From NCBI GenBank assembly GCA_964187785.1, contig OZ076415.1:53196001-53260000 (forward strand): a stretch of 64,000 nt of DNA, written 5' to 3'. The notes beneath the pieces are model-generated. The model made no database searches. It was not told the DNA's origin and saw nothing but the letters and a program-made list of their open reading frames with translations. The stretch comes from Amphiscolops sp. MND2022 (lineage: Eukaryota). Shown here piece by piece: positions 50,501 through 63,900 of this stretch (the stretch's first letter is position 1; each line of letters opens with the position of its first letter). The translations under genes and the position numbers were made by a program.

Positions 50501-53500
50501 TTCATCCTGACTCAACCGAAGTTTATGCGAACAACTTGTTCCATTATTATACATCACGCCCGCGGACTCTGGAGAACTTATGTTTAGCAGATTTTGCCGC
50601 TAAATTTGTTCGTCGCTCTCATAATGAAACGTTTGAAACATCTGAAAAAGTCATAACATGGCCCAACAAGGCACAATTCTATAAATTAAAACGGAATCGA
50701 ATCCTACGATACGTCAGGTTCGATATTAGAAAAGACCCTGAAAACCATTATCGAGAGTTGTTACTTCTCTTCCATCCATTTCGTGATGAAATGAAGATCT
50801 TGGGTAATTCCGACACGTTTGAACAACAGTACCATCTTTTAAAAGAAAAAATTGAAGCAAAACGAGTTGAGTTCGAACACTGGCGGTCTGTTACACAAAG
50901 AGCTTGTGATGAAATAGAACTTCTCAGCCCCGACGAACTGGAACGAATTAACACCTTCTTGCAAGACGAAGACGAAAACTTGCAAACGGAAGCAGTAACT
51001 CATCTGGACGATACGGAGTCTCCAATTGTCACCATTGGTCAACTACCTGCCCTGATAACAGAAGCTGACTTCGTCTCGCTAATTGCTAGTTTTAACCCCG
51101 AGCAGTCAATGATCTTTCATTCCATTTTACATGAGCTTATTCGGAAATCACAGACTTTAAGGGTTTTCGTTACAGGTGGTGCCGGTACTGGCAAAACAGT
51201 TCTTGTTCAAGCTCTTTACCAAGCTATATCCCGAACGAATGATCAACCCGGACGTTCACTCGACCAACCGCTCGTCCTGTTCCTACACAGGCATCGCTGC
51301 TTCCCTTATTAAAGGAACTACTATTCACAGCGCTTTGGGGTTTACGAGTCGATCCAATAACCCAAACGAGCTTTTGAAAGTATCTCGCTCTCGACTTCAT
51401 ACCTTACAAATTCGATACCAATTTCTTCAAGTTGTGATTATAGATGAAATTTCATTTCTTGGGTCGAACTTTCTTTGCCTCGTTGATTACCGCCTGCGAG
51501 AAATTCGCGCGTCTACTTTACCCTTTGGTGGCTTGACCGTTTTGTTTTTCGGTGATTTATACCAATTACCTCCAGTCAAAGATAGGTTGATTTTCCAACA
51601 ACCTTCTGATGTGATAGAGTTTCCACGCTTCAACGTCCAACTGTGGAAACTTTTCTCAATGTTTGAGCTCAAAATAATCATGCGACAATCGGATGACTTG
51701 CCTTTCGCTGAGCTACTTTCTCGAGTTCGAACAGCTTCACATACAGTTGATGATATTCGTATCCTTGAAAGCAGAATAATTCCAGATGAGATTCATCACC
51801 CACCCCGCTTACGTATCTGTCATACAAATCAACGAGTTGCTGAATACAATGAAAGAGTTTCGTCGGTATCAAGTTGCCAGTCACACACGATACTTGCCAT
51901 TGACAACATTTCAAGGGAATGGTCCACTGCAGAAGTTCAAAACGACGCTTTGTCACGGAAAATATCAAAGATGACTTCTCATCGAACAGGAAATCTCGAA
52001 AGCAGTTTGTGTGTCGCAACCGGTGCTCGTGTTATGCTAACTTGCAATCTTAACTTAGACGATTCACTGTGCAATGGAAAGATTGCTGTTCTCAAAAAAG
52101 TTCAATTAACGAATGGTGAACCAGTCATACTTTGGCTCCATTTCGAAAACAGTGATGTTGGCCAACTTCAACGAATAAAGCATCACCGTTTGTATCGTGA
52201 CGGCATTCAATCGAATTGGGTCCCCATTTTCAAATTATTTCAAAGCTTCGATGTAACTCATGGAACAACATCAACTAGAGTTACCAGAATTCAGTTTCCT
52301 GTCGTTCCTGCATCTGCTATCACCATTCATAAATCGCAAGGTGAGCTATTTTTGTTCTTTTCGGGAACGTATTTTAGCACTTGTTACTAATCGTTTCAAC
52401 CTGAAGTGAAACGCTATCTTCCTTTTATATTAGATTTCACAACTCCCTGGTTTTTTTCTCGGAGAATGAATCTGTTAATACTTCAGGCGATACCTTCAAT
52501 GACTTGGAGTGTGACTTCCGTTCTCGACCAACAATTCATCATTTGGTGTACACGGCACTGAGTAGAGTCCGAAAGTTGGAAAATTTGTTCATTGTCGATG
52601 AATTCCTCTCCAGAAAGATATCTGTTCACCCAGAAGTTAGTTCAATCGTTGTCGACCCTGCTTCGGTTTTTGAACTGCTCTACAGCCAATTGTTACTTTC
52701 CCTGAGTTGTTTGGTTATACTGAATCCTCTTGCTCAATATACACTTTTTTAGTTACAGGTTACGCTGGAGATGGACCGACTTAGACAAGAGGCTGTTTTT
52801 CCAACTTTACAATCTCTGTCCAAGTGTTGCAAAATCCGCCTATTGTTCCAAAATGTACAGAGTCTTCGAAAAAATTTTTGCATTGCTACCAAGCAACAAT
52901 TTTTCGACACTGCAACTTTCAACGTTTTCTGTGAAACTTGGTTGATGTCATCAGACACACTTCCAGCCACATTCAATGATATGTTCATCACACGACTTGA
53001 TTTTCCTACGTGTAATTCGAATCAGAGACACAGAGGAGGATTTGTAATTTTCTCGAAAGTTCGTCTCGACATAACATCCGAAGTCACGAACAATGTGCAA
53101 ATAGCATGTTTCGAATTCATGAATCTTGTTTTCATTTTTGTTCATCGACGACCGTCAGAAACACCAGTATCATTGTTCAAAGAATGTCTTTCTCAGAAGT
53201 TTCGCCAACAGAAGAAACCAACCATTGTTATGGATGATTTCAATGTAAACTTGAAATGCGACAACAGCTCCTTTTTACGCTTTATGGGGTCAGAAGGTTT
53301 CCACTGTCTAATTGATGATACCACCACGAAAGAGCACACACTTCTTGATCACGTATACTGCAATGAATCGAATCTTCTTCATAAGTTGAACTGTTTTGTG
53401 GCCTACAATGTTTATAGTTTCCATGAGCCCATTGTTTTAGAAGTTTGTGATTGATTTTGTTTCAGTAGTTTAGCTTGTTTATCTTATCTTGAATTATATC

Positions 53501-56365
53501 CAGCTGAGATGAGAAATTTCGAAACAAGAAAAATGATAGCGTATAATGTTTTTTCTCGCTTTTCGATTTTCGGAAATCCAGGCACCATATGTGCAAAGAT
53601 TTTCGCGCTTAGTCAAAAGCCTACTTCACGTTGCGAGCCATGATTGCTAACATTTGAGAGAAAGCTTTAGGCCATCTTATCGGGCCGAATGAGTTGCCGG
53701 AGTTGTTTTTAAAGAGATTCCACAGTTTGAAGTTGAAGGCCGGAGGCTCGAGAAGTGAACTCAAGGTTAAAACTCAATAATTTCTATTTTCAATTCCAAA
53801 TTACAACCCAATGATTTTCTCTTTAGAATTAGTACCCACTTTTGTAGTATGATTTATTAGTGCTAATGAATATGATTTATTTTCAGAGGTGTAAAATGCA
53901 TTTTCGTTGGTAAAATCTCAAATGTTTCCTGGCAAATAGCGATGTGACGTGTTGTGCTTTAATAAAAGCGATGTGTTTTGCGCTGTGCTGTTGCCTTCGT
54001 CAAGAATGCAGGCTTTTTTTCAGAGGAAATCGGCCACTCAAGACATTTTTTGGCTGGTTCCCCCAACAAGCATTTTCATTTCAGGACCTAATTTGTGTCT
54101 TTTTGTGCTGTTTTTAAATTGATCAGTAAGTAAAAAATTGTCTTGCCTTTTAAGCCATGGTCCTTCGTGTGATATTGCTTATGCGGTTTTTTCAAAATTT
54201 GCAACTTCGCAAGTGTTTGCGAAGCACGGCTTCGCCTCTGTGTCAATACGGCCTAAAGCTATATACGGTTGGCCGTCTCCATCCCTGACGATTCATCCTA
54301 CTGATTTGTGCTTTTTGAATTATCAGGATGAAATTGCGAAAGCTAAGAAATCTGAAAACATCAGTTCTTCAACTGTCCCAGTCGACCCTGTGGCCTATTC
54401 ATTGATGACGTCATTGAATGAAGCTCTGGTGGCTAAGAAGCAAGAACAGCGGCAACTAGAAGAGGAAGTTATGAAGTGCTCCTACACAGCTGAGAGGTAG
54501 GTTTCAGATAGCTAACGATTTTAGTTAAAGTTTGAGAAATGAATGATTCTTTGAAAATCTAACATGTGAAGTCACATTCTCTTGCCGTCGAATTTCTAAA
54601 CCAACTTTGAACTTCATTAACTTAAGTGTAAATGAATCCCGTCGAATCATCGATAGTTTTTTTCTGAGTTTTTAAATAGTTTTGTTCCATGACTGTAGTT
54701 GAAGAACCTAATGATGCTTCCTTTTTTATACGACGCACAGGACCTGCTAGAGTTGGAACCAAGCACGTGATTAAATGTTGCCGGGCCGGGCGGGCTTTTT
54801 CGAGCTTAAATTTCTTCGAGTATAACAATTCGGAAAATAAATCGAAGATTTATACATTAAACTGGGCTATATAATTTCCGCAATTGATTCCTTTCATTTG
54901 CTCAAAGTGAACGAAATTTTAGTCAAGCTTGTCTTATTCGCACAGCTCGTAGAGCCCAGATGTCTGCCAAGAACTGTTTGATGTTGAATTTTTGAAGTCT
55001 GTTGTAAAAACTGGGATTTTTTAAATTATTATGATGCTTATACCTGATTATAATTTACAATTTACTTTCGGGTATCAGATTCGCTTCCGGGCAGTTTTGT
55101 CGGGTATTTAAAATAATCAAAAATCGGGTCGTGTCGAGATTTTTGAAACGGGCTTCGGGTAGAAAATCATGACCCGGTTCCTACTCTTCCTCTAGATTCA
55201 TTTTTGCGGTGGTCAATAGATTTTGTGATAACCCTACTTTCAATATATATTATCCACTTAACGATGTTTTCGTATTTATTTGATGGGGCCGTAATTGACA
55301 CTGCAAGAAGGCTCTGTTGTTTACAGCAAAATTCACACATTTTCATTCATACTCTTAACTTTGCCCCTACAGAATGGGCTCAAACATGTTGCTCCATGAT
55401 AGCTTTGGTGGTTTCAGTAAGCACGGGTCCCTTAAGAAATGTTGGTTAAATGTTATCCTAAGGGACCCTTGAAAGTGTTGATTTGCGTTTTAGTCAGGTG
55501 GGTAAACTATTGATAGCGAAATGCCAGAAGCTGAGCGCAGAGAACATCGAGTTGCGTCATGCCATTACGGAGGGTAAAGTTGCTCAGGCAGAGGCAGAAG
55601 CTAGTCTGCAGAAACAGAACCGGGATGAGCTCGTACAACAGTTGCAAGGTCTGTTCTTAATACCATCTATGATCACCCCTCTTTTCGGCCCTACTCAGGC
55701 CATATGTCCCTTTCTTATTTTATTGAACTCTCAATACCGCGAAACTGAACACGTTCATAGTAAACAAGAAACTGATGTTAACGTTATCAATTAAGAAAGG
55801 TGTTTGGCAAAAAGAAAAAGAAGACTTTATTGAATGATAGTGGTTAAGTTTCATCCGCTCATAAACTTCCATTACATAATCAACAGATTTTTTGCCATTT
55901 GCTTTTCACTCTCCATGATATATTTTTAAAAGGTGCAACATTGATATAAAAGTTCAGTGTAATTAAATTTAGCCAATAGTGGAATTGAAATGTCTTTGTG
56001 AAATCTTCACGTCTTCAACTCATCCGAGCAAACCAATGAGTGCAAACACGAATCTTTTGAAAGAACTTTTTGATTTTTTTTTGGGCTCATAAGCTGACCT
56101 AAGAATGAAATTTGTTGTAGACCATTCTGAGCAAACAGTGGAACTGGAAGATGAGTTGAAAGAAGCTCAACTGAGATTGTCAGACATCCAAAACTGCTAC
56201 AAACAACTTTTCAGAGAGGAAATGAGTGCCTCGAATTCGTCTTCAGCTGGCACTTCGTCCAGTAGACACCCGACGTCTCATGATAGCAGAAACAGCAGCA
56301 GTCGAAAAAGAAACTCTCTCGACAAAGAAAAGACTCGCGACAATAGTCATAACAGATCCAAATGA
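38519..56365 (+). CDS. WTAP: WTAP/Fl(2)d m6A-writer subunit homologue, 255 aa; exons 38519-38551, 38666-38768, 39260-39321, 54327-54496, 55494-55648, 56121-56365
   Basis: All five junctions are GT-AG and phase-compatible (768 nt). The protein has TAKK|LSITDDTLKQMKPKDFLNFWKLQEKYIAKLE, PVDPVAYSL and YTAESQVGKLLIAKCQKLSAENIEL...EGKVAQAEAEASLQK, matching WTAP (FTPDSQTGKKLMAKCRMLIQENQEL...QGRIAQLEAELALQK). Confidence 0.9.
40126..40197 (+). pseudogene. tRNA-derived (Glu-like) sequence or SINE head
   Basis: A box TGGTCTAGTGG, TTC anticodon-like loop, B box GGTTCGAACCC; no acceptor-stem pairing. Confidence 0.55.
40151..40351 (+). repeat. Near-identical 100-bp-period tandem duplication
   Basis: CTTGCTTTTCAACCCAGAGG...TTTTGAAACA at 40151 and 40251. 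Confidence 0.9.
40595..41455 (+). repeat. 406-bp tandem repeat x2, with a further partial copy at 42130-42315
   Basis: AAGTTGCATGTAGAAGGGG at 40595 and 41001; 41270-41455 is near-identical to 42130-42315. Confidence 0.9.
42550..43275 (+). CDS. Probable spliced accessory ORF(s) upstream of the RPA-like gene; function unknown
   Basis: ORFs 42519-42782 and 42991-43275 have pyrimidine-CAG acceptors at 42549 and about 42988; basic C-terminus. Confidence 0.35.
43882..45091 (+). CDS. RPA70-like tandem OB-fold protein with C4 zinc ribbon; exons 43882-44466 (or 44496), 44538-44657, 44720-45091
   Basis: OB-fold-like ITIVAKIV...YELTDDTS...MKIWE...VGAIYEI...VKAFKNEVYL; third repeat has CLVC...CRHC; two short phase-0 GT-AG introns. 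Confidence 0.65.
45712..53454 (+). mobile_element. Helentron polyprotein: USP1-USP2-ZnF-HUH Rep-PIF1 helicase-AP endonuclease
   Basis: Cys boxes GLTNxxNICYLNSILQ (Cys 45775, 46760); QDAHE; His boxes AAIxHSGSFDFGHY (46448, 47431); LGPPQFFITFS; QKRGTLHDH (HUH); YICSYIAK; GGAGTGKT; IIDEIS; FGDLYQLPPV; TIHKSQG; YTALSRV; EN motifs NVQSL, ETWL, DDFN, LLDHVY. Introns 52341-52486 and 52636-52758; frameshifts near 45915, 47170, 51280. Confidence 0.92.
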
Positions 56366-57729
56366 TTTTGAACTCCAGAGCGTTTTCTCTTATTTTTGTT
56401 TTTACTATTTTTTATTTTAACTTTTGGAACAAATGCAACGATTTGTTTTCAAAAATGTTCTATATTTACTCTTTCGTAGATCGGTTGGTTATTTCTTGTA
56501 CAGAACCTTGTTATATAACATGTATTTCTGAAATAGCTGAAATATTGAAATCTTCCTGACTACATGCACCCATCTAACGAGTGAATGCAAAAGGTGATAT
56601 TCAAAGAAGGTTTTTCCTCTACATTCAAATTTTGGTAAATCACAAAAATTAGTTGTATCAAGAAATTTGTCTGGAAGTTGAAGATTCCTACAAAATGCAA
56701 CCAAAAAGGAAACCAGAAGTATTTAAAATCTTCACGTAGTAAAGAAATAAATTTCACGTTTTTAGCACGTTTAAAAAAGTTTACGTTTTTTTGTAGAAAA
56801 CGGAAAACTAATTCCACCAATCACTTGACCCAGAATTAAAAGTTTCCAAGCTTAATGTCCAAAGAGCAAATTTGAAAGTCCTAAATGTCAACGTGAACCG
56901 AAATCATTCATTCGACAGACAACAATACCGAAACTGTTTGAATGCCTAGAGCCAGAAGCTGTCTGTACTAGGCCATAATCATTCGGCTAGAGACGTTATT
57001 TTTATTTTCCTTCCATATTTCATATGGGAAAGGGAAATATTTGAATCAAACTGTTTTTTACAAAATTGGCAAGCACCAGATTTATATCCAAGCTGAAGGG
57101 TTCCACCCTTGGAATCCAACTGACGTAAGGGAAAAATTTCGTTGGAGAGCGAAAAATTTCGTTATACAAGAGGCTTTTTCGAAGAAATAAATGCAAGTTT
57201 TGACGAAAAAATGCCTCAAATCGAGACCGAATTTTGAATCCAAAAAATTCAGATTTTTCACCGTTTTATTGCAATTTTTGTCAAAGTTTTGATACATTTG
57301 CTAGCTTAGAAAATTGAAAACGTTCAACAAGGAAAGAATTCGTTTTCCAAGAGGCTTCCTTGGAAAGATGATTGCAATTTGTTTCGAAAAACGACTCAAA
57401 TTCAAACCGAAATGGACAAAAAAACCCATAAATTCAGTTTTTCAGAAAATAAATGCAATTTTGTATGTTTTTCAAAAACTTGGTGGCTTAGATTATTATT
57501 TCTGCGATATCAGGAATATTATTGAAACCTCAAGATATCTACTTTTTCAGTAAAATTCTTCGCGTGATACTGAATAATTCAGAAATTTTGTTCGGCAGTA
57601 ACTATGAGTGTGAGAATTAAATTTCTCAAGCTGCCGACGACATTTCAATTCTCGTGCGATGGAACGAGCGAGTGGTAATTATGCATTCTTACGCTGACGT
57701 CATTGGGATGAAACCAGCGAATGTTCGTA

Positions 57730-58488
57730 AATATGCTTTCGCGAAGCTAAGGCATTGTCTGTTTCAATGTGATCCAATATAAGGGCAACGGCGTTCTCTA
57801 GTTAGTCGGCGCTTCATGAAGTGAAACGCGACTATTATAGTGACTCTTTTTTTTTCTATCCACACGAACTGACCAAAATAGTTCTACAAAAGTTCTACAA
57901 AATATTATTGCACCAAAATGCACTATTTGGTCTAGCGAACTGAACCAAAATGGTTTTACCTGTTTTTCCGCGTAACATACCAAACCGGGCGAGACCAAAG
58001 AGTCCCCCCTTTCAATTTTTTTCGGCACTGCGAGACATTTTTTTCAGAACTTTTTTTTCGAAATTTTTTTTCCCCAAAGGGTACCCCCTGCATTTTTTTG
58101 ATGTTTTGCGACAGAATGGATGTTGAAAAACCTCAAAGGATCCCCCTTTCAGTTTTTTCGGCATTGTGAGATTTTTTTTCCCGAAAATGAAAAAAAAAAT
58201 TTTTCAATTTCTTCATGTTTTGCGACAGAATGGATGTTGAAAAACCTCAAAGGGTCCCCCCTTTCAGTTTTTCGGCATTGTGAGACTTTAGCGCGCCAGG
58301 GGCTCGCTAGCTAGCGAGCCCCGGCGCGCCACTCGGTCCATTTTTTTAGTATGTAATTTTTTCAAAAAAAAATTCTCGAAAAATTTTCGATTTTTGAGTA
58401 CTGTAAAAGAATACTTGACACTTGGAAGTCTTTTTGCTATTTTTGAGCCTTGGATATGGCGCCGACTTGGGCCGGTCCCGGCTTGTTT
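57730..58488 (-). mobile_element. HINE/DINE-1-like non-autonomous element
   Basis: Minus strand starts AACAAGCCGGGACCGGCCCAAGTCGGCGC and carries GCGCCGACTAA (57812-57802); hairpin-like GCTTCGCGAAAGC near 57735-57747; same family as 9730-10260. Confidence 0.65.
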
Positions 58489-60690
58489 TTCCATTCATGT
58501 CGAGTGTATAATCGAGTAAATCCCACTGCTCTTCGGCATCAATGAGGTTTCAACTTTGAGTGGGCTGAAGGATAACATTGCTATTTCGGAACTGTTAACG
58601 TGCTTGATATTGGAATACGAAGACGTTCCACAAGGAAAAAACGCAGTTCTCTGATGGGAAAAAGCTCAAATTGCGACCAAAAATTACAAGAATTTCAAAA
58701 TGTTTTCAACTTTTCTCGTTTTCATGCAACTTTTGTCAATATTTCTAAAAAATTCATGAATCAGAATGTTGAAAACGTTCAACAACGAATAAATTGTTTG
58801 TCCAATAGGGTTGTTTGTGGAGTTAAATGCAGTTTTGAAAAAAACTGCCACAATGGCCTCAAAGTATTCGAATCTTTTTGACAATTTTTGCAACGCATTT
58901 TACAAAGACAATTTCAACGTTTTCATAGATTAGAACTCGAAACTAGTTAAACAACAACTGAATGCGTTTTCCAGTATGTTTTTTGATAGGATAAGTGCCG
59001 GCTTATGATAGAAATGAGCTTCAATTTGACACAAAAGTTGTCAAAAAGTCCAAAAATCCCAGTTTCTGTAGCTTCTTCATGTTTTTTTTGCGTTCAATTT
59101 TCAGGAGTTTTTTTTAAACTAGAAATTTCAAATAATCAAAGGTGTGAAAGAGCAGGTTTGTAGTTTCCTTTTTTGATGAGAAAATAACCTTGTTTTTTAT
59201 CAGAGTCACCACAAAACGACACAAGTGAGTCGGAAAGTAGAAGACTTGAAATTGTAAACGTTTTTGTACATAGTCTGTGAACTTTAAGAAACGTTTCGAA
59301 AGTTAGAATTATATAATGGTTCAACAAAAATGCGGTTGATACCCAGTTGGCTTTTATGGAAGCTTTTGCTGATTCGTGTTTGGAAAATGTCTCGATACGA
59401 ACCAAAAAAGTATAAAATATCGAAAGTTTCATTTGTTTGACAATTTTAGTGATTTTTTGCTGAACTTTTCGTGAACTAGATGGTTTTAGAGCTCCACACA
59501 ATTTACCAAGCTATGGAGTACGCCTTTGAAGGAAAACTTTGTTTTTTCTAGGTAGAACATCACTATGAATGAGTCAAAAATCCAAAACTTTTCCGAATCA
59601 CTTCAAAAATGACCTTGATGAGTCGGAAATGAAATATTCCAAATTCAACGTTTCTAATGCAAAGTTGTTTTGATGAGTTGGAATTGAAAAAATCCAAATT
59701 CAACGTTTCTTTTGCAAAGTTCTGATTTTTTTGAGAAACTTTTATCGTTGGAAGAATGAAAACGTTCAATAGCGAACAAATGCGTTATCCAGTAAGCGTT
59801 TTGAAGGTCATTTGCAGTTTCATGTTAGAAAAGAGCCTCAAAACAATAAAAAAATGGCAGTTAGTCAATTTAGTGAATTTTCGATAAAAGTTACCAAACT
59901 TCCGTAATGTTCTAAAGGTCTAATTTTTAAAGGGAGCAGAAACTTCAAAAATGTTTGATGTGTTCTTGATGTGTTTCCTTTTGAAATAAGATGACATTGT
60001 TCAAAAAATGTCAAACTAGTTTTCATCGAACTTCTATGCGTTTTCATAGTGCAATGGCTACTCTTGAGTCTCAAAAATACTTCATTGCTAGAACAGTTTG
60101 GACGGAAAATATCCTGCTGGTCTGCGGGCGTATTGTCCAAAAAAATTGATTCATCTCGTCTCGAGATTACAACATGGTAAGTTAGTCATTCCTATAAAGT
60201 TTAGAATACCTGTGCAGTTCAAGCAATCAAAAAATTAAAATCAACCGGAAATGACCGAGGGAAAAATAATCTGTCCCAAGCAGAGATTGGATTGCTCAAA
60301 ATATAAGACAACAAAGTGTGTACATTGCCCTGTCGATAGAAGACAACTCGATAAAAAATAAAGCAAACAAAACGAATTTTGTTAAACCGAAACTGTTAAA
60401 CGTACACTACTTGTCAAAAAAGAGCCCAAAACAGCGTAAAAACACGTATCTATAAATTCATGATCACGTTTTACCAAGAGAAAATTACCTTGAAATGAAA
60501 AAACTACCGCTGAGTTTTGCGAAATGATGCACCCTTGAGTCAAAAATTGTGAAAACTCGACTCAACACGAAAATAAAAACACTCTGAACTACACGAAATA
60601 ACCAGCAAAGCATGCAGATTCCACAAACTACCGAACTGGGATTGGGTCATTGGGATTGGGATGGAACATTATTTATCTCAAAATGCAGTC

Positions 60691-60975
60691 ATTGATGGAA
60701 AAGCGTCTGATTTAACTGATCGAGAGAAACAAGCGCTCTAAAGTTTCGCGGTCAGTTTTGCAGAGTCTGTCTTGAGGGCGAAAAAGATGAAGCGGGCTTC
60801 AAATGGCTATGAGCGCTTAGACTGGTTACTAGGAACTTCCAATCAGTGTGAACGACTTTTTAGTCGGGCGAAACTCACTCTCGGCCATCTTCCTCAAGGT
60901 CTGTCACCAATGCATCTCGAAGCGGTTATTTTTGGTTCTAAATAGAAACTACTGGGATGCTCAATTGGTGTCGAG
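60691..60975 (+). mobile_element. hAT transposase C-terminal dimerisation-domain remnant
   Basis: LLGTSNQCERLFSRAKLTLG...LSPMHLEAVIF, then frameshifted NRNYWD. Confidence 0.75.
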
Positions 60976-63900
60976 AGTTGTAAATTGTAAAAACAATCCT
61001 AAATAATTGTTTCAATAATTTAAATTATTGCAATTATTTATTTTTTTTACCAAGTTAGGGAGAATTATTGATTGATGAGAGAGGAAAAAGGAATAATTGA
61101 GGGGAAGACTTCAATATTATTGCAATTCTTTTTACGGAGGCCCTGTATGTTGACGATGCTTGCGAAATCTTATTTTTCGATCTTGTGTGATCAAATATTT
61201 ATTTTCGACGCTGTGGATAGCAACCGTGCTTTAATTTCAATGACATGAGATTTTCAGTGGACTAAATTTTGACCAAAAAAATTTCGACCACTTGATCAAA
61301 AAATTCAAGTGTGCCAAATGGTACGAAGATTATTTTACTTGTATGCTTTTTAGCTCGTCTGCTCAATTCATGCACTTCCATATCAATAAGTACTCCATCA
61401 AATTCGTTTTGTGAACATAGTAGTTAAAATAGCAAAAGATGATATATTTAGTTCGTGATTAGCGAATACAGTCGAACTTCTATATTATATACCTATACGG
61501 GAAGAATGAGTAGAAAACATTAATTCGAAGTTTACGTTATAAAGGATGACGGTTATATATAGAACTTGGGAAGAAGGAGATTCAAATTATTTCGAATTGA
61601 TTAACAATAACGAGTTTTACCTTATAATGAGGGTACATGAAAGTGAAGTTCGACTGTATTCGATATTTTTAAATCTGAAAGTTAGTTCGACAAAACCAGG
61701 TAACTTACACTCATTGAATTCCAAATGTTATACTGGAAACGATTGAAATAGTACGTGATTAAACTAAAAGGTAATTTGTCAAAATTTGTTCCTATTTCAT
61801 TTCGGATTATTCTTGACAAAAAGGTAAGTATTTCATTCAGATTGATGTTGATTGGAGAGTTTGAGACTGGTAAGCAGATTGTAAACGATAAGTTTAGTGA
61901 ATGACTTTCTTCTTGAATCCATTGTTATTATTTGTCTGACTTCTTTATGACTGGTTAGGGCTTCCACAGTTTGGCTCTGACGCGGTAAAATTTCTGACCC
62001 ACCTCCAAATTGAAGCGATTGGCGGACTAGTAGAAAACAAAACTCTGTTAGTTTACCCCGAGCGCAACTCAAAGATGTCTAATTGTTCAAGTTTTTCATT
62101 ACTATTTCTGGACTCTAATTAAGACCGTTTTTAGAGTTGTAGGTGATAAACTGTTCATACGTTTAAGGTACCGTTAGAGCAGAGACATGCATCTAAGTTT
62201 CAACTGAAGTTCGGGATTAGAAATCCCATTCACAAAAATTCATTAGTTTAACTGAATGCATGCTCTCTATGCAGGTTAAATTTTTTTAAAAATTGAGAAA
62301 CAAGCAAGATTAAAATAAAGAAAAATTATATTACCAACTTTTTTGACTTGGCAAAGTTCTTTGGAGATAAATACAGCCACGTACTTCAAATTGCCCTTTT
62401 CTAGAACACAGCACAGATGACTTGAGCGAATGAGTTCATGAAGACACATGAATGCATATGATACTTATTTCGAATACTGTCATGGTACTATTCTCGTTTC
62501 GAACTACTGCTTATTAACCAAACTAAAATTCGACCAATTTTCCTTGCTTGCCACTGGGAACTCAACTAATTTGAAATATAAAGTTCCAATTAAATTAGGC
62601 ATCAAATTGGCAACCTTACTTACAAGGTCAAAAACCGAAATTGAACAAAAGTTAGTTGTATGACATGAATTTTGACTTTGGAAGCTTTGTCGGTCTTTCT
62701 AAAGCAGTGGCACTTCGTTCTTTTTTGCTTCTACATTTAGGGCACTCATTACAAGCAAAACGAATGATCTTCTTCTATTTCTCAATTTTCCCAACTTTTT
62801 CAATCAGCATCAGTTCTCCACCGTTGATCTGAAGCTGGTCTTGCAGAAGGATTAAACTTTTCTTGATGTTCCCTGACAGAGCTTTGGATAGCTAGATGAT
62901 AAAAGGTAGGTGTCGCAGGCGGCCGCCTGCGATAGCAATTGGTACTCCATTGCCTACAACCACTACAACACTCTCCCTGGTACAATCCCCCTCGAGTGAG
63001 GAGAAAGGACACGTTGTCCGGCCAACAAAACTGGGACTTCTATGATTTAATTATTTCACATGATGCTAATAATATTCAAGGTTATAAGAGGATAACCTTC
63101 ATATAGTCCGATGTATTTATTGATAAAACATGTAATTTATACAATGCATACAATACATAAAAGTTCATTCAGGTATTTGAAATTGGACACCAAGGCGTAC
63201 AGGCAGAGGAAACGTGTTCAAATGTTTCCTCTCCTGTCGCCAGGACTAGCTGTCCAGTTTAAAATCAACCAATCACAGTGCAGCATTTGCTTAATTCAAT
63301 TACGCCGCTAAGGCTTGTGCTGTATTTGCGCCGTACCTGTCTTTCATTACTTGAGAGTGAATTAAAGGACAGTATGTCCACCTTGCCATGAGTTGCCGCA
63401 ATAAAATCAACTTAATAGTCTCATCAAGCTAATCAGACAACATGATCATCCTAACTGTGCTCTAAAAGGTGCAAATGCTAAACATGAATTGTTTCTACCA
63501 TGTACTGTTGCTACCATATGTACTCTCAGCCTGCGAGGCCAAACGTTATCATACCGGTTAAAGCATGTAAAATTGAAAATGCATGTAAAAACATATATTG
63601 CTATGATGATGAACTGATGAAGCGGACATTGGCTCGGCATAAACAATTTACGCCGACAGGTTTTGAAGTCTATTTTTAGAATGAGTGTCATGGCTCGGTG
63701 CTATTTTTAGTCTCCTCTCCTATTTCTAAAAATAACCCTATGACACCCCAAATTTAGGCTGTCACCCAGTCTCAGGTATAAATATCTGGGACTCATTGTC
63801 CTAAGGACACAATTGAGATTTATCTGCGAGTATCAGTTTGTACAATCATACTTTGTGAATCATTTTGAACCATTTCTGTCAACCATCTTGTTGATAAAGG

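Noticed and set aside
53671-53765. Alternative WTAP exon (HLIGPNELPELFLKRF...)
   Set aside because: Phase-compatible, but it aligns worse to WTAP than 39260-39321 and has a weak acceptor.
54327-56365. WTAP as a gene fragment captured by the Helentron
   Set aside because: The 5' exons lie upstream at 38519-39321, so the element is inside the gene.
61546-61746. 66-aa plus ORF with GTTAGT/GTAACT donors
   Set aside because: Could not be joined to other exons or assigned.
63446-63691. Hydrophobic 81-aa minus ORF as a membrane-protein exon
   Set aside because: No diagnostic motif or supported splice context.
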